Assembly: GCA_004764695.1 (NCBI GenBank)
Contig: SMSO01000035.1
Coordinates: 2,356,001 to 2,420,000, forward strand
Reading direction: 5' to 3'
DNA from: Schizochytrium sp. TIO01
Lineage: Eukaryota; Protista; Bigyra: Labyrinthulomycetes
DNA: 64,000 bases
The translations under genes and the position numbers were made by a program. This document shows positions 1 to 10,836 of this stretch, piece after piece (position 1 is the stretch's first letter; each line of letters opens with the position of its first letter). The notes under the pieces were generated by a model. The model was given only the letters and a program-made list of their open reading frames with translations, searched no databases and was not told the origin of the DNA.

Positions 1-739
1 TGGAACCAGATGCATCGGCATCGCCGCAGAAAATCTTATGTTCCTGTTCCTCCTCACATAAAGAGCTTTGCCGAGCTGCCGTCACAGACTCAAACTCGTC
101 TGAAAGCTCTCGAGTCAGAGGTGCTGGCCGAGGTGGTATATTTTCATCAACATGCTTTGACTCCAATACACTGTCACCCTGAGAATTGTCTATTTGTTGG
201 CTTACATTTTCTCCATGCTGCTGGTGTTGTTCCATATTCTCGGGTTTTCTTGCAGGTGAATACTTGCTTTCTTCGTTCGATGCTTTCTGTGATACAACAG
301 CAGTTGCGCCATCTTCTTTTCCACTAGCTTCACTAGTCTCACTCTTGTCTTCCCTGACAGTCACCTCTTCTGAGGTGCTTTCATCAGACAGTTCTTGTAC
401 TCCACTGGTAGCTCTTGAGCATTCACCATCCTGTGGTTTATCTGTGCCAGAGTCATCCATGAATTGTGCGAGCTTCCCTCCCCGTTCATCACCCCATGTA
501 ATACTCTTAGTCGCCTCCTTTTTCTTGGCTTTCGCCTTGATTGATCCAGCATTTTGTTGGTGATCTTGGTGCTCTGTTGAAGAATCCTGTGAATTTCTTG
601 ACTTGTCGTCTTTGTCAGGATTTTTCTCTGAGACTGTTGCAAAGGAATACGCTGCTGCAGCTGCTGCCACCGTTGCTGTCACGAGAGGATGCTCGCGTAC
701 CCATTTCAGGGTTACTAAGTCGCCCACCGCCTGGAACAT
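1..739 (-). CDS. Partial CDS (3' end beyond the left edge): acidic, disordered protein with an N-terminal hydrophobic stretch and a candidate PP1-docking RVxF motif
   Basis: My translation from ATG at 739 gives MFQAVGDLVTLKWVREHPLVTATVAAAAAAYSFATVSEKNPDKDD...KKKEATKSITWGDERGGKL..., with no in-frame stop down to position 1. It is absent from the ORF track because it has no stop. The + strand ORFs at 10-741 are its antisense shadows. Confidence 0.6.
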   Translation of the reverse strand, partial: MFQAVGDLVTLKWVREHPLVTATVAAAAAAYSFATVSEKNPDKDDKSRNSQDSSTEHQDHQQNAGSIKAKAKKKEATKSITWGDERGGKLAQFMDDSGTDKPQDGECSRATSGVQELSDESTSEEVTVREDKSETSEASGKEDGATAVVSQKASNEESKYSPARKPENMEQHQQHGENVSQQIDNSQGDSVLESKHVDENIPPRPAPLTRELSDEFESVTAARQSSLCEEEQEHKIFCGDADASGS

Positions 740-2440
740 GACAGTGTCAATCACTCAAGAGGCGCACAGCATCCACTAAAAATGCCGCCACTCTTTAAAA
801 TAATTATCCCGGTCTTCACCGCGCGACTACACGCTTGAAGAATTCCAATCAAACTCGCAAACCGTGTCTCGAAACGAAGGTACTGCTGCTATTCCTTGAC
901 TCCTCGAACAGGAATTGCAATGCTACGTATCCCTAATATAAACAATAGGCTCTGACTTAGAGGAAGAGGCCAAGCTTCGTTGTGACTGACCGCCTCCCTT
1001 CGAACCCAAGTCTTCGCGATACTTTAGTGAACCACAGACTCCAGACAGTGCAAGCCCCTCCAGACCCCGCAAAGGCACCGACCTCTGTCCACCACAAGAA
1101 CGAAACTTGCCGTGAACCCCCGAGCAGACGCAAGTTCGTCTTGACGCAGGAAGGTGTTCCTGATTGCTGTTTGTTCGCTGCCTATTTCGTTGTTTTTTGT
1201 TTGCATCCCAACTAAGAGTTTATGCTGAGTAGTCCTAGTAGTAGGTACAAACACAATTTCCTTCACTGTTCTTTCTTTCTTTCCTAATTAGAGTAAACCC
1301 TTTTCGTAGTTCTTCCATTTGTCAAAACCAGCACAGAAACATGGGAACTTTCAGAACAAGCTGGCAATAGCGTTCAAGAACGTTTCTTAGCTTGTTAAAG
1401 CCCGTTTTGCCGGTACGTTTACGGTAAACCTACAGAAGAATAAGACTGTGATAGATGGCTTGAAGAATGGGGGGTATATGAAAACAATTTTGGTTGTTGC
1501 GGTTTTACCGGCTTTGGTGAAAGCTGGTGCAAGTGATTACAAGGGAAAGCTGGGTCAGAAGAGACCATGGACTGGAGGAAGGCGAGATAATGGTATCTTT
1601 TGCGGTGCTGCTCAGGAATGGGAATGTGAGATTGAACAAGAAGCATGGATGAGAAACAATACAATGGATTACCGTCGAAATCAAGGACACTATAAACAGG
1701 GTCAAATTGAGCGGAGATGAGGGTTCATCTTGTGAAAGCTAGGAAGAATAATGGTAATTCTAAAATGTGTGAAATTACGCGGACACGTGCCGATGAGCAG
1801 GGCAGACATTCAACGCAGAAGCGTTAGGAAAATCTGAAGTGATGCTGCAGACAATCCCCTGGAAGAGTTGATAGCGAAGCGCGTACCAATGTCATTTGCC
1901 GCAATCGCTGCTCAATTTCTGTCGCAGACTTACTTTACGCAATGGGGTTATGATAGGATGAAGTGTTTATGTGATTTTAAACTAGTGTTTACGCAAGCTT
2001 TGAAAGCAGGGAGAACATCCAACTAAACAAGCAACAGTTTCGAAAGCGTTTGCGTTTGTTTAGTTGTCTTTTTAAAACAAAAGGGTTGGCGGTGTCTTCA
2101 GATGTGATCAAGAAATTCAGCATGTGGTCCAAAAGTAGCTCGAAATTATATATATATATTTATTTGTTTTAGATGGTTCTTTAAGTCCCTGTCAGCAAAT
2201 TGGTTCAAGAAGAATCTTAGTTTAAACTTATATTTGCTTTTAATTTCGAGGCCACGGCATACAGAGTAGGTGAACTAAATAACAGTGTCCTTATCCTCTT
2301 GCTCCTTGCAGGGCTACTGCGAACAGAAAAGGATCGGGGCATGTTGGTTTTCTATTACTTTAAGAGATGCTACTTGGAGTCCTAAATCAGGAAAACTAAA
2401 GTTCGACATTTATTTCAAAGTTTTAACAAAAAGATGTCAG

Positions 2441-5400
2441 TTACTTCTCAAATAGTTGAGTGAATAACGAAAATCGCTCATTAGATCGTGACTTGACACA
2501 ACTCTTGATCATGCCTGGGTCTCCTAGCACAATCACGTACTGCTGGGCACGAGTCATAGCAGTATAAAGAAGATTACGATTCAGGAAAATGCCGTGTTCT
2601 CGAAAGAAAGGTAAGACTACCAAGGGAAATTGAGAACCTTGGGCCTTGTGAATAGTTGTTGCATAGGCTAATTCTAGCTCATCTCTCCATTCGGATGCAG
2701 AGTAACCGCAACTGAGACGATCAAATTTCAATCCGTCATCAGCGTTCGACCTAAGGTCGGATCCTTCATCTGCAAATTGAGCGATTAGATAAGGTGCTTG
2801 CTTAGGATCCCTGTCTTGAGATAGAGCACGGTTCATTGAAGTACTCCAGCTTACCGACTTTGCTTGGTGAATATCTTCATAATCCTGCAAAATGCTCTCA
2901 ACTGTTCCTATATGCCCGTTAAACACATTTTTTCCATAGCAGTTTTTGAGCTGAATGATTTTATCTTGAATCCAGATTTCTGAAGAACTTTGGTTTTCGC
3001 GGTTCAAGTACTTCTGAAGTAGTGGATTAAGGTCCGCCACTGAGGACATGCCGATGCGACGAGGAGTAATAACTTGAACATCTTCCATAGCATCAAGGCC
3101 TAGTGCGCTAGCATAAGGATACACTGAATTGAGTAAGATATCGTCCACATCCTCCGGACGACAAGGTATGAAAAAGACTTTTCCTGTTGATTCAAATTCT
3201 TCTCCTTTCAACCGTTTCGCCATTACCTCTGATGATTGCTCAGCAAGGTGAGAAGTTGTGGTTGGTGTGGACAACATATCAGGGGTTTTGCCATTACGCA
3301 CCAAGGTGGCATCACGAAGAATTTCATTGTCCGCTCCTTGTTGACGGAATACCTCAGTCAGAGCACATGTAGGGATCTGCTTGCACGCGTTAAGGTCATG
3401 CAACAAGTTCCCCTGACCGACAGATTGCAGCTGGGCTGGGTCACCAACAAATATGATTGAAGACGTGCTCTTTACAGCATCAAGTAGGTCCGCGGCAACA
3501 TCGAGACTCAGCATTGATGCCTCATCAACAATAATTGTATCATACTGCAAGGGGTTTCCACTGTTCATTGTGAAATCAAATACCTTGCCATTAAAAGCTG
3601 GCTTCAGAAGTCGATGAACTGTGGCAGCAGGTAGGCCTGTTGAATCATGTAGACGTTGTGCTGCCCGTCCAGTAGGCGCTACTACGGCAACGGAGCGGCC
3701 TTGGAGCTCTATTGAGCGAGCTACCTCCCGTAGCATGTATGTTTTACCAGTACCTGCATAACCAGTAAGCACAGACACCTTTTCGGTGGTCAGAGTTTGT
3801 AGGTGCTTCTTTTGAGTCTCAGACAGTCCGTGTGCAGAAGGCTGTATTGTTGAGTAAAATTTTTTCTCTTCTTGATCAAGTTCTGGAGCACGCATAGTTT
3901 GTTGAATCAGCTGCAAGCGCTTGATCACTCGTTTTTCATTCATATGAACGTGGCTTTCATATATATGCATAACGTCTTCAACCGTTTCGAACGCCATTGG
4001 GAAGCCTGCGTCAATCGCATCTTTAACAGCTTGTTCTGCATTGACAGGGGTGCTCTGGGTGCAAAATGTCATTCCAACAACTGCAACATCGATAGGTAGG
4101 CAGGTATGCCCAAAGCCATGTGTAACATCTAAAATAGTTTGAAATAAGGCTGCATGTTCCCGGCTCTTTTCAAACTTTGACAAACGAGGTACATGAGGGT
4201 CCAAGACTGTAAAGCTCAATATTCTGTCACGAACAAGATCATACGGATTATGAGTAAAGGTTGTCATCAGCCTCTTCTCGGTTTCTTTAGTTGGAACAAA
4301 ATCCTCCTCGTGTGGCTCGAGGAGCTTCTTTCGAAAACGTCGATGAATAGACCTAAAATCAGAGTAGCTCAGCTGTCGCTCCACTAAAAATTGAGCAAGC
4401 TCAGTGCAGTTTTGAGCATGCCAAGTCTCATAAATGCGTGCCGCAACTCGGGGACTTACACCAAAAACCTTTTCGGATATAACTGTAACAGCCTCATCCT
4501 TTTTCATTTCTAAGATATTCTGAAAGTCTTCGCCAAGGGCAGATGTGATTCTCTCAGCTAGCTTTGGACCAATCCGATCGAACTTGCCATTTTGCAACAT
4601 GTCACATGCCATGACGTTGAATTTCTCAGAAGTTACAATTTCTAATGCAACGACATTATTAGAACGACGGTGCAGGTTCTTTGACATAATTCTTGCCACA
4701 GTTTTTTGCAAAGAGTCCTTGCAAAAACCTGATGGAGAGAGAGCGATATCACTTTCATCAAACCACTTCGGCACTTGGCCATATTTTTGCTCTGCCTCAC
4801 TGTCATCTGCGAGAAAACCCCTAGCTTGTGCTGCTACGGGGGGGCAAGACTGGCTCAAGGTAGTTATAGGTTGGCCCACAACTGCTCGATCTTGCGAGTT
4901 TGAGCTTCCTGGTCCAGCCAACTCCAGTTGGTCAGGTGAAGAAGACAGATCGGGCAACGAGTCGGAGGCTAAAGCAGAACCTTTTAGCACTTCTGGATTT
5001 TGAATTTGCCCTTTGAGTTGCAGACCATAGGTGCCATGTGTCTCCCATACGCCACTTACGGAAACGAAGTCACTGACTTTAGGATCGTTTGACGATCCAA
5101 TTTTTCCAACGAAGCGAACAATACTTCCATCCTTTTCGTTTTCCAACGCAGCAATTATGACATCACCCGGCACATGGAAATAGATACGGTTGATGATCCC
5201 CTGGACAACGTTGCTACCTTCGGCGTTGGTATCAGATATTTGTGAAGGGTTCCATGATTGTGAAGGCGATCGTAATTTTATTTTCGTCGATTTTTGTTCT
5301 GGTAGGAGTTTTGCTTTGCTTGCAGGCTCTAGCACTGATGAGGGTGGGGGTACTGGTGTCGCAGATGCTTCTGGAATCTTACTCGCTGAAGCTGAGTGGA

Positions 5401-5707
5401 CCCTGACATCTTTTGCTTTGCCATTTGACGCCGATGCGCTCCCCACCCTTGCCGTTTTCGGTCGAATTTGCGGAATGTTTGGCCTCACTTTGGTGAGCTG
5501 TTCCGCGACCTTGGCTCGATCTTGCAGACTTAAGCGAAGCTGCATCATCTTGCTCGAGCTCAAGCACCGTGAATTTTGACTGAGGACGTTTTGAAAGTTA
5601 GCCCAGACATTGCTGTGTAGTCGCGAGTTAATCTGCGCACTGCTTAGAGCTCGTATTGTTGTCTCCACAGAAGATCGTTTCATCATTGGACCGAGAGTGG
5701 AAAGCAT
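2441..5707 (-). CDS. recD2: RecD2-like SF1B ATP-dependent 5'-3' DNA helicase with putative organellar (mitochondrial) presequence
   Basis: N-terminal OB-like segment (GIINRIYF...SGVWETHGTYGLQ), HhH-like motifs (IGPKLAERI, GVSPRVAARIYETW), NPYDL, GHTCLP, Walker A GYAGTGKT, APTGRAA, DEASM, VGDPAQLQSVG, LTEVFRQ, LAYATTIHKAQGSQF, RNLLYTAMTRA. First ATG is at 5707; the ORF track start at 5848 is a non-ATG codon. Confidence 0.9.
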   Translation of the reverse strand: MLSTLGPMMKRSSVETTIRALSSAQINSRLHSNVWANFQNVLSQNSRCLSSSKMMQLRLSLQDRAKVAEQLTKVRPNIPQIRPKTARVGSASASNGKAKDVRVHSASASKIPEASATPVPPPSSVLEPASKAKLLPEQKSTKIKLRSPSQSWNPSQISDTNAEGSNVVQGIINRIYFHVPGDVIIAALENEKDGSIVRFVGKIGSSNDPKVSDFVSVSGVWETHGTYGLQLKGQIQNPEVLKGSALASDSLPDLSSSPDQLELAGPGSSNSQDRAVVGQPITTLSQSCPPVAAQARGFLADDSEAEQKYGQVPKWFDESDIALSPSGFCKDSLQKTVARIMSKNLHRRSNNVVALEIVTSEKFNVMACDMLQNGKFDRIGPKLAERITSALGEDFQNILEMKKDEAVTVISEKVFGVSPRVAARIYETWHAQNCTELAQFLVERQLSYSDFRSIHRRFRKKLLEPHEEDFVPTKETEKRLMTTFTHNPYDLVRDRILSFTVLDPHVPRLSKFEKSREHAALFQTILDVTHGFGHTCLPIDVAVVGMTFCTQSTPVNAEQAVKDAIDAGFPMAFETVEDVMHIYESHVHMNEKRVIKRLQLIQQTMRAPELDQEEKKFYSTIQPSAHGLSETQKKHLQTLTTEKVSVLTGYAGTGKTYMLREVARSIELQGRSVAVVAPTGRAAQRLHDSTGLPAATVHRLLKPAFNGKVFDFTMNSGNPLQYDTIIVDEASMLSLDVAADLLDAVKSTSSIIFVGDPAQLQSVGQGNLLHDLNACKQIPTCALTEVFRQQGADNEILRDATLVRNGKTPDMLSTPTTTSHLAEQSSEVMAKRLKGEEFESTGKVFFIPCRPEDVDDILLNSVYPYASALGLDAMEDVQVITPRRIGMSSVADLNPLLQKYLNRENQSSSEIWIQDKIIQLKNCYGKNVFNGHIGTVESILQDYEDIHQAKSVSWSTSMNRALSQDRDPKQAPYLIAQFADEGSDLRSNADDGLKFDRLSCGYSASEWRDELELAYATTIHKAQGSQFPLVVLPFFREHGIFLNRNLLYTAMTRAQQYVIVLGDPGMIKSCVKSRSNERFSLFTQLFEK

Positions 5708-6340
5708 CGGCAATTGCTGGTCGACCCCAGAAAAAGCATGTATGTCTTGACACACCCAGTAGGAGACCTTCACGGGCGAAAGGAAAACTCGACTACAGTT
5801 CCGCAGGCCCTGACAGTGAAAGGTTTTCACTATTAGGTTTAATTCCAACTTTAAACTTCGGCTTGGGTCTTGGGGTGTTGTGGTTAGGTTTTTCTTTTCT
5901 TTTTTTAAAAATAAAGATGAAAGTGTGTAGTATTTAGTTCTCTTATCTGTAAGAGTATCACATTAAAATTCATTTTTCAACACTCGATTTATAGGCGAGG
6001 CTTGGCCGCCAGAATAAGACTCCGCCTGATGAGCTTTCAGAACATGAGCAAACCAGAATACGAGCTAAGACAAGTTCAGTTCTGAATGAAGTCAAACGTA
6101 GACGCTGCAACACTGGAAAGACTAGGATTCGCCACTCTCATTATTTATAATGATGCTGATACGACATTGCTTTCTCTTTGGGCTGGCATATCCTCTTAAC
6201 TTCCAGGTCGTAAGGTTTTCATGGCCTTGATAGCAAATCAGCGGAATGCAGATGCAAGACGAGAAAGGCAGAGGTAAGGAAGGCAACGCGATACAATTTG
6301 TATTATTTTGTGTTTTTATAATTGTCTAAGGCATAATATC

Positions 6341-8800
6341 TCAACTTGTCGCGTCAGTCATAGCGACGTCCCCATCGTGCCCGTTCTCATTACTTCCAAG
6401 TTCTGCAGCCATGGCATGCAGATCTGTCTCCGTAAGCATGTTTGCGGTTCGCTTTGCCGGATCGATTGGCTGTGCAAGTTCACGAAGGAATGTACGACAC
6501 ACTGCAACGGCTTCCTCTGTGGAGAGATTCAGGTTCGATTCTCGCAAAAACTGAGTAACCCAGCCCGGAAGTTTGCTACGTTTGTTAGCATTATTATATC
6601 TTTTGTCGGCAAAAATCATAAGGCCGTAGTCAGCTTTGCTACGAATAACACGACCAATACATTGCGAAGCTTGACGGAGAGCATCGAACGCCAAAAACTC
6701 ATCTTCCCTAATCTGGAACTTCACGCGAAGATATTCGAGACGTGCTAGTAAAATATGCGATTTGGTGTACTGGAACGGAATACCAAACAAGATTACACAA
6801 CGTCCATAGTGACGATCGAAATCAATACCTTCAGAAACCTTGCCTCGCGCAACAGATAAAAAGACAGCTCCACGACCACAATCGCAAGCACGTCTAAAGT
6901 TGTCAAGAGCCAAGGTCGTTTCCACAATATCCTTAGTCTCAATGAATAAAAGCTTATGATCCAAGATGCGGTTTAGGATCTGTAATTCAGCCCATGCACT
7001 CACGACGTTCTCCATATATTCATAACTAGTGAAGAAACAAACAATACCATCTGGCACAGTTTTGGCAACCTCGATCAGAAGGGCTCCAAAGTTAATAATG
7101 ACAGATTTGTCCGTACGAGAACTAAAGGCGGATGTAATTGGTGTCTGGTCACTGCCTCGAGTCACTACCATTGGGCAAATACCAGGACGAATGATACTCA
7201 TAGTGAGGGAGCGCGATACAACAGGTTTAAAGTCGAGAAGTTTTGGGTATAAATCAATAGGTGAAAGCGTACCACTTGTAATAACTACAGTTGCGAAGCG
7301 TTCAAGCACAGGTTTGATAGCTAGAGAGGCATCAAGACAAGTGAACTGGATAATTGGATCAATAAATTGGGGTGTGCGCTGGTCATACGGCTCAATAACC
7401 AACATGAAACCATCCTTGTATTTTGGCGTAGCGACAAGTGTCAAAAAGTCTGCTACCTGGGACACAGGCACAAAACGTTCGAGATCGACAACCTTTAACG
7501 TGCGCATTAGGCTGGACAGACGTGAGTAGGAAAATTGCAGGGTTTTGGCATCTAGCTGAAGCTTGTCTTGTACTTCATGCAAAAATGCGACAGGGGTTTC
7601 TTTGACCACACGTTGTACCTTCATTCGAGTTTTGAGGTGCTTGACAACAACATCAAGGAGTTTGACGAAGTGCTCAGCCTTGCGAATATTTCCAGGCACT
7701 GCCTCATTAAGAATGTCTTCTGGCAAGTGAATGGGGTTCGCAACTACGTCCGTGTTATTTGCATCAAGAACCCCCGTCTCTGAGAGACCTTGCACAAGTC
7801 TATCGTACTCGTCTCGAAGTCGTTGAGCATCGGTTTCTTTCACACGACTGATCATACTGTCAAGCTCCCGAATATTGCTTGAAGCCGCCTCGAGAGATCG
7901 GCGATTGAAGAAGACGCTGAGCGCTTCGATACAGACGTTGTCAATGTTGTGAGCCTCATCAAAGACAACGATTGAATCTCTAGTAATTTCCTTAGATACC
8001 ATGGTAGAGACCTTTGGGTCGAGCATGTATTGGTAGTTGTACACGACAACATTGGCAAAGGAAAGCACATGACGTGTGACAAAGTATGGGCACCAATTGT
8101 TCTTTTTGCCAAGCTCTTGCATCTCCTCAATTGTGTAGATACCATTGCTCAGAGGCACATCAGAACCTTGAGCGACGTAGCGCTCATAGTAGGAACAGAG
8201 ACCCTGATTCTCGATGTCCTCGATGTCGCCGAGTTCCATGGGGACTGGTGCTTCATCTTTCGCTTCGGCGCCACCTCCGGATTGGTCAGCTTCAGGGTCT
8301 TGCTGCCCATTTTCCGAATTTCTTGGACGCGAGCGACGGCCTTTAGTCTCTCGAACCCAAGGTGCAATCTTTTTGCGACAGAGTGAATCAACCTGCTCAC
8401 GATCGCTTTCAGCCATAACTGTTGGATGAACACACATGTTGCGACGCGAACTAAGACACACACCAAGAAATGGCGGTGCATTAGCTTCGCCGCCAAGAAG
8501 CTCGGTACGGTGGTCAATAACTCTCTTAAGCTCCTCCATGGTTTTTCGCATCTCGGGGACCGTACGTGTACAGTAAACCAACTTGCCAGTCTCCTGGTGC
8601 GCATACTGGTACGAGGTGATGAGTGCTAAGAGCGACACAGTCTTACCCGTTCCAGTAGGCATTTCAAGCAAACAGCCTCCCTTGGCATCCAGGGCACGCT
8701 TCAGCTCAAGCATATAATCATACTGCTCAGGATAAAGCGTCGGATATGGCCAGAAGACTGTCAGTGGAGAAGCTGACCCTGCATCCAAGACAAACTTCAT
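6341..8800 (-). CDS. ERCC2: TFIIH helicase subunit XPD (Rad3/ERCC2), Fe-S cluster SF2 helicase
   Basis: YPEQYDYM, LEMPTGTGKT, SSRRNMC, CPYF, YNYQYMLDPK, DEAHNIDNVC, TSGTLSP, ARGKVSEGIDF, QCIGRVIRSKADYGLMIFADKRY; 819 aa, single exon. Confidence 0.97.
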   Translation of the reverse strand: MKFVLDAGSASPLTVFWPYPTLYPEQYDYMLELKRALDAKGGCLLEMPTGTGKTVSLLALITSYQYAHQETGKLVYCTRTVPEMRKTMEELKRVIDHRTELLGGEANAPPFLGVCLSSRRNMCVHPTVMAESDREQVDSLCRKKIAPWVRETKGRRSRPRNSENGQQDPEADQSGGGAEAKDEAPVPMELGDIEDIENQGLCSYYERYVAQGSDVPLSNGIYTIEEMQELGKKNNWCPYFVTRHVLSFANVVVYNYQYMLDPKVSTMVSKEITRDSIVVFDEAHNIDNVCIEALSVFFNRRSLEAASSNIRELDSMISRVKETDAQRLRDEYDRLVQGLSETGVLDANNTDVVANPIHLPEDILNEAVPGNIRKAEHFVKLLDVVVKHLKTRMKVQRVVKETPVAFLHEVQDKLQLDAKTLQFSYSRLSSLMRTLKVVDLERFVPVSQVADFLTLVATPKYKDGFMLVIEPYDQRTPQFIDPIIQFTCLDASLAIKPVLERFATVVITSGTLSPIDLYPKLLDFKPVVSRSLTMSIIRPGICPMVVTRGSDQTPITSAFSSRTDKSVIINFGALLIEVAKTVPDGIVCFFTSYEYMENVVSAWAELQILNRILDHKLLFIETKDIVETTLALDNFRRACDCGRGAVFLSVARGKVSEGIDFDRHYGRCVILFGIPFQYTKSHILLARLEYLRVKFQIREDEFLAFDALRQASQCIGRVIRSKADYGLMIFADKRYNNANKRSKLPGWVTQFLRESNLNLSTEEAVAVCRTFLRELAQPIDPAKRTANMLTETDLHAMAAELGSNENGHDGDVAMTDATS

Positions 8801-9886
8801 TGTATATGGGAAGAGATTAGCTCAACCTATAAAGCAGTCCGCAATAAAAATAGAAAAAGCTAACAGAATGTACGCCAAACAAAAGATCTTGTAAGCGGCT
8901 CAAAGCTATATAAGCTTTTAACTCACAAGGCCCAAACAAGAATATGAGAGTTGAAGAGGTCAAGGCACCTAACCTGCCAAAAGCTGCAATCCGAAACACA
9001 ACAACAAGATATAGCCAGCCTTTGCACCAATTGCAAAAGTTAATGTAACCCTAACTGCAATTTCTATAATGAGATTAACTTGAAGCCCGCCTTGGTTACG
9101 GTGAATCTCCTTGTCGTTTCTAATTGAGATCCTATCGTGAACAGGGCTCGTCAATGTGGTCGATGCGAGCGAGCTTCTTCAACCTCAGAATCCACAGCTC
9201 GTCTCTCCAGACGAGTATTTCCTCAAGGTCTTGGTCAAGGAGGTGCACCTAAGCCCTTTCAGACCCACCCTTGAGCGGGACGTCGGCTGTCTCCGCAGCC
9301 TCTCAGGCCGCGTTAAGTCTCGCCCGAGCGGATTTGATGTGGCTCTGGGGTTTTGATCTCGAGCGCCTCGTCGGATTTACATCTGAGCCTACCTTTTACC
9401 GAGGATACACTCTATAACTTTATTATCTATTTTCAAAATACTTCCCCATATATGTCTCTTTCTAACATCTTGACTATCTTACTTAAATACCCCCTATCGG
9501 CAAAACCATTGTCGGCAGTATTAACTTTATTCCGGGGGGTATATTGCAACGTATCTGATAAATTAATGTTAATAACAGTATTAACAAATGTTGGTCGGGG
9601 AAACAAAGAATTGCAGAATAGCCAGCGAAGTTCTGCGAAGGGAGTGAAGGAGAGAGAAGAGGCGGTCGTTGAGGCAACATTGCCAGTGAGTTATAGAGCA
9701 TTATAACTCACAATCTGTGGCAGAAAAGAAGTGAAGCAAATATCGCCAAAGTACAATATCATGATTTTATACAGTAGAGAATAGGAACCGCCGAGAGGTT
9801 GGAAAGTTGAGTTGAAATCGACGATCAAATCGCATTCGAAGTTGAAGTTGCGAAGTGCAGGTCTTTGCGAGGAAGCGTTGAGCAGG

Positions 9887-10150
9887 ATGCTTTCGCGCAA
9901 GAAGACAAGTGGAAAGGGCAAAGGCGACAAGGTTGGTGCCGATAAGGCAGCACCTAGTACGGCGCCTGTGGACAGCAAGAAGCTTCTCATGATGCTCGAG
10001 GAAGACGATGAATTTGAAGAGTTCGAGACGGAGCAGTTCGCCGCACCCAAGGACGACAAGGAGGTCAAGCAGAAGTGGCAGGAGGACTGGGACGATGATC
10101 TTGCTGACGACGACTTTATCTCACACCTTCGCAAGGAGCTCAAGCTCTGA
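9887..10150 (+). CDS. SEM1: DSS1/SEM1 (26S proteasome lid, BRCA2 and TREX-2 associated small acidic protein)
   Basis: LEEDDEFEEF...WQEDWDDD..DDDFISHLRKEL signature. First ATG is at 9887, giving 87 aa. Confidence 0.92.
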   Translation: MLSRKKTSGKGKGDKVGADKAAPSTAPVDSKKLLMMLEEDDEFEEFETEQFAAPKDDKEVKQKWQEDWDDDLADDDFISHLRKELKL

Positions 10151-10836
10151 GCCAGTTGAGAGATCAAATCATGCAGGGTCCAAACTCTCAGAAACGCGAA
10201 TCTGAGATCGAAGTTGTTTTGAAGCTGCATCTTGGATGGCCAGAAATCAGAATCTACACCGTTTCTTGAGCTGCTCAAGATATGAAGTTTGAGGACTGCA
10301 ACATGATATTCGGCCTTGGCTTTGGCCTCTGTCCTCATTACGTTGAAGTCGAGATCGTATATTCTTTCACATCAAACTTATCACCACTTAATCACTTACT
10401 CAATTACCCACGAGGCGAGAAATGTATCAAGCAAGGGACCCTGCTGATCGCGGAGCAGGGTCTCGTGAATAAGGATAGTGACCTTGGATTCACACAAGTC
10501 TGCGTATCCCTTTCCTCCGCTCGTCGCCACTCAGGACGATCTTCTGTACTCGTCGAGAGTCATTTCACTAATATATGAAACCATTTTTAATGCTTTAAGA
10601 TCGATATCAAAGAGAAGCAGTTGGGCACTTGGAAAACACTATTAATTGGAAGAACCTAACAGCCTGTCAATGCGTAAATGACTTGCATAGGTGAATTTTT
10701 TTGTGCTAGATTGACAATTGAGCATTACTCAAAAGGTCAATGATCTTCTTACTGAGACGCACAAGGTGAGGGTTTACTTTGAAAAGAGTGAAATCGTGTA
10801 GAATTAGACTTATGATATATAGGATATATGGATCTT

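Noticed and set aside
1391-1720. Short + strand ORF (MKTILVVAVLPALVKAG...) with a signal-peptide-like start
   Set aside because: About 80 aa with no recognisable motif; cannot be told from chance without expression data.
5708-5848. N-terminal extension of RecD2 in the ORF track (similar extensions occur on SEM1, the amidase, lipase, membrane proteins and EF-hand protein)
   Set aside because: These start at TTG or GTG codons; in a eukaryote the first ATG is the more likely start.
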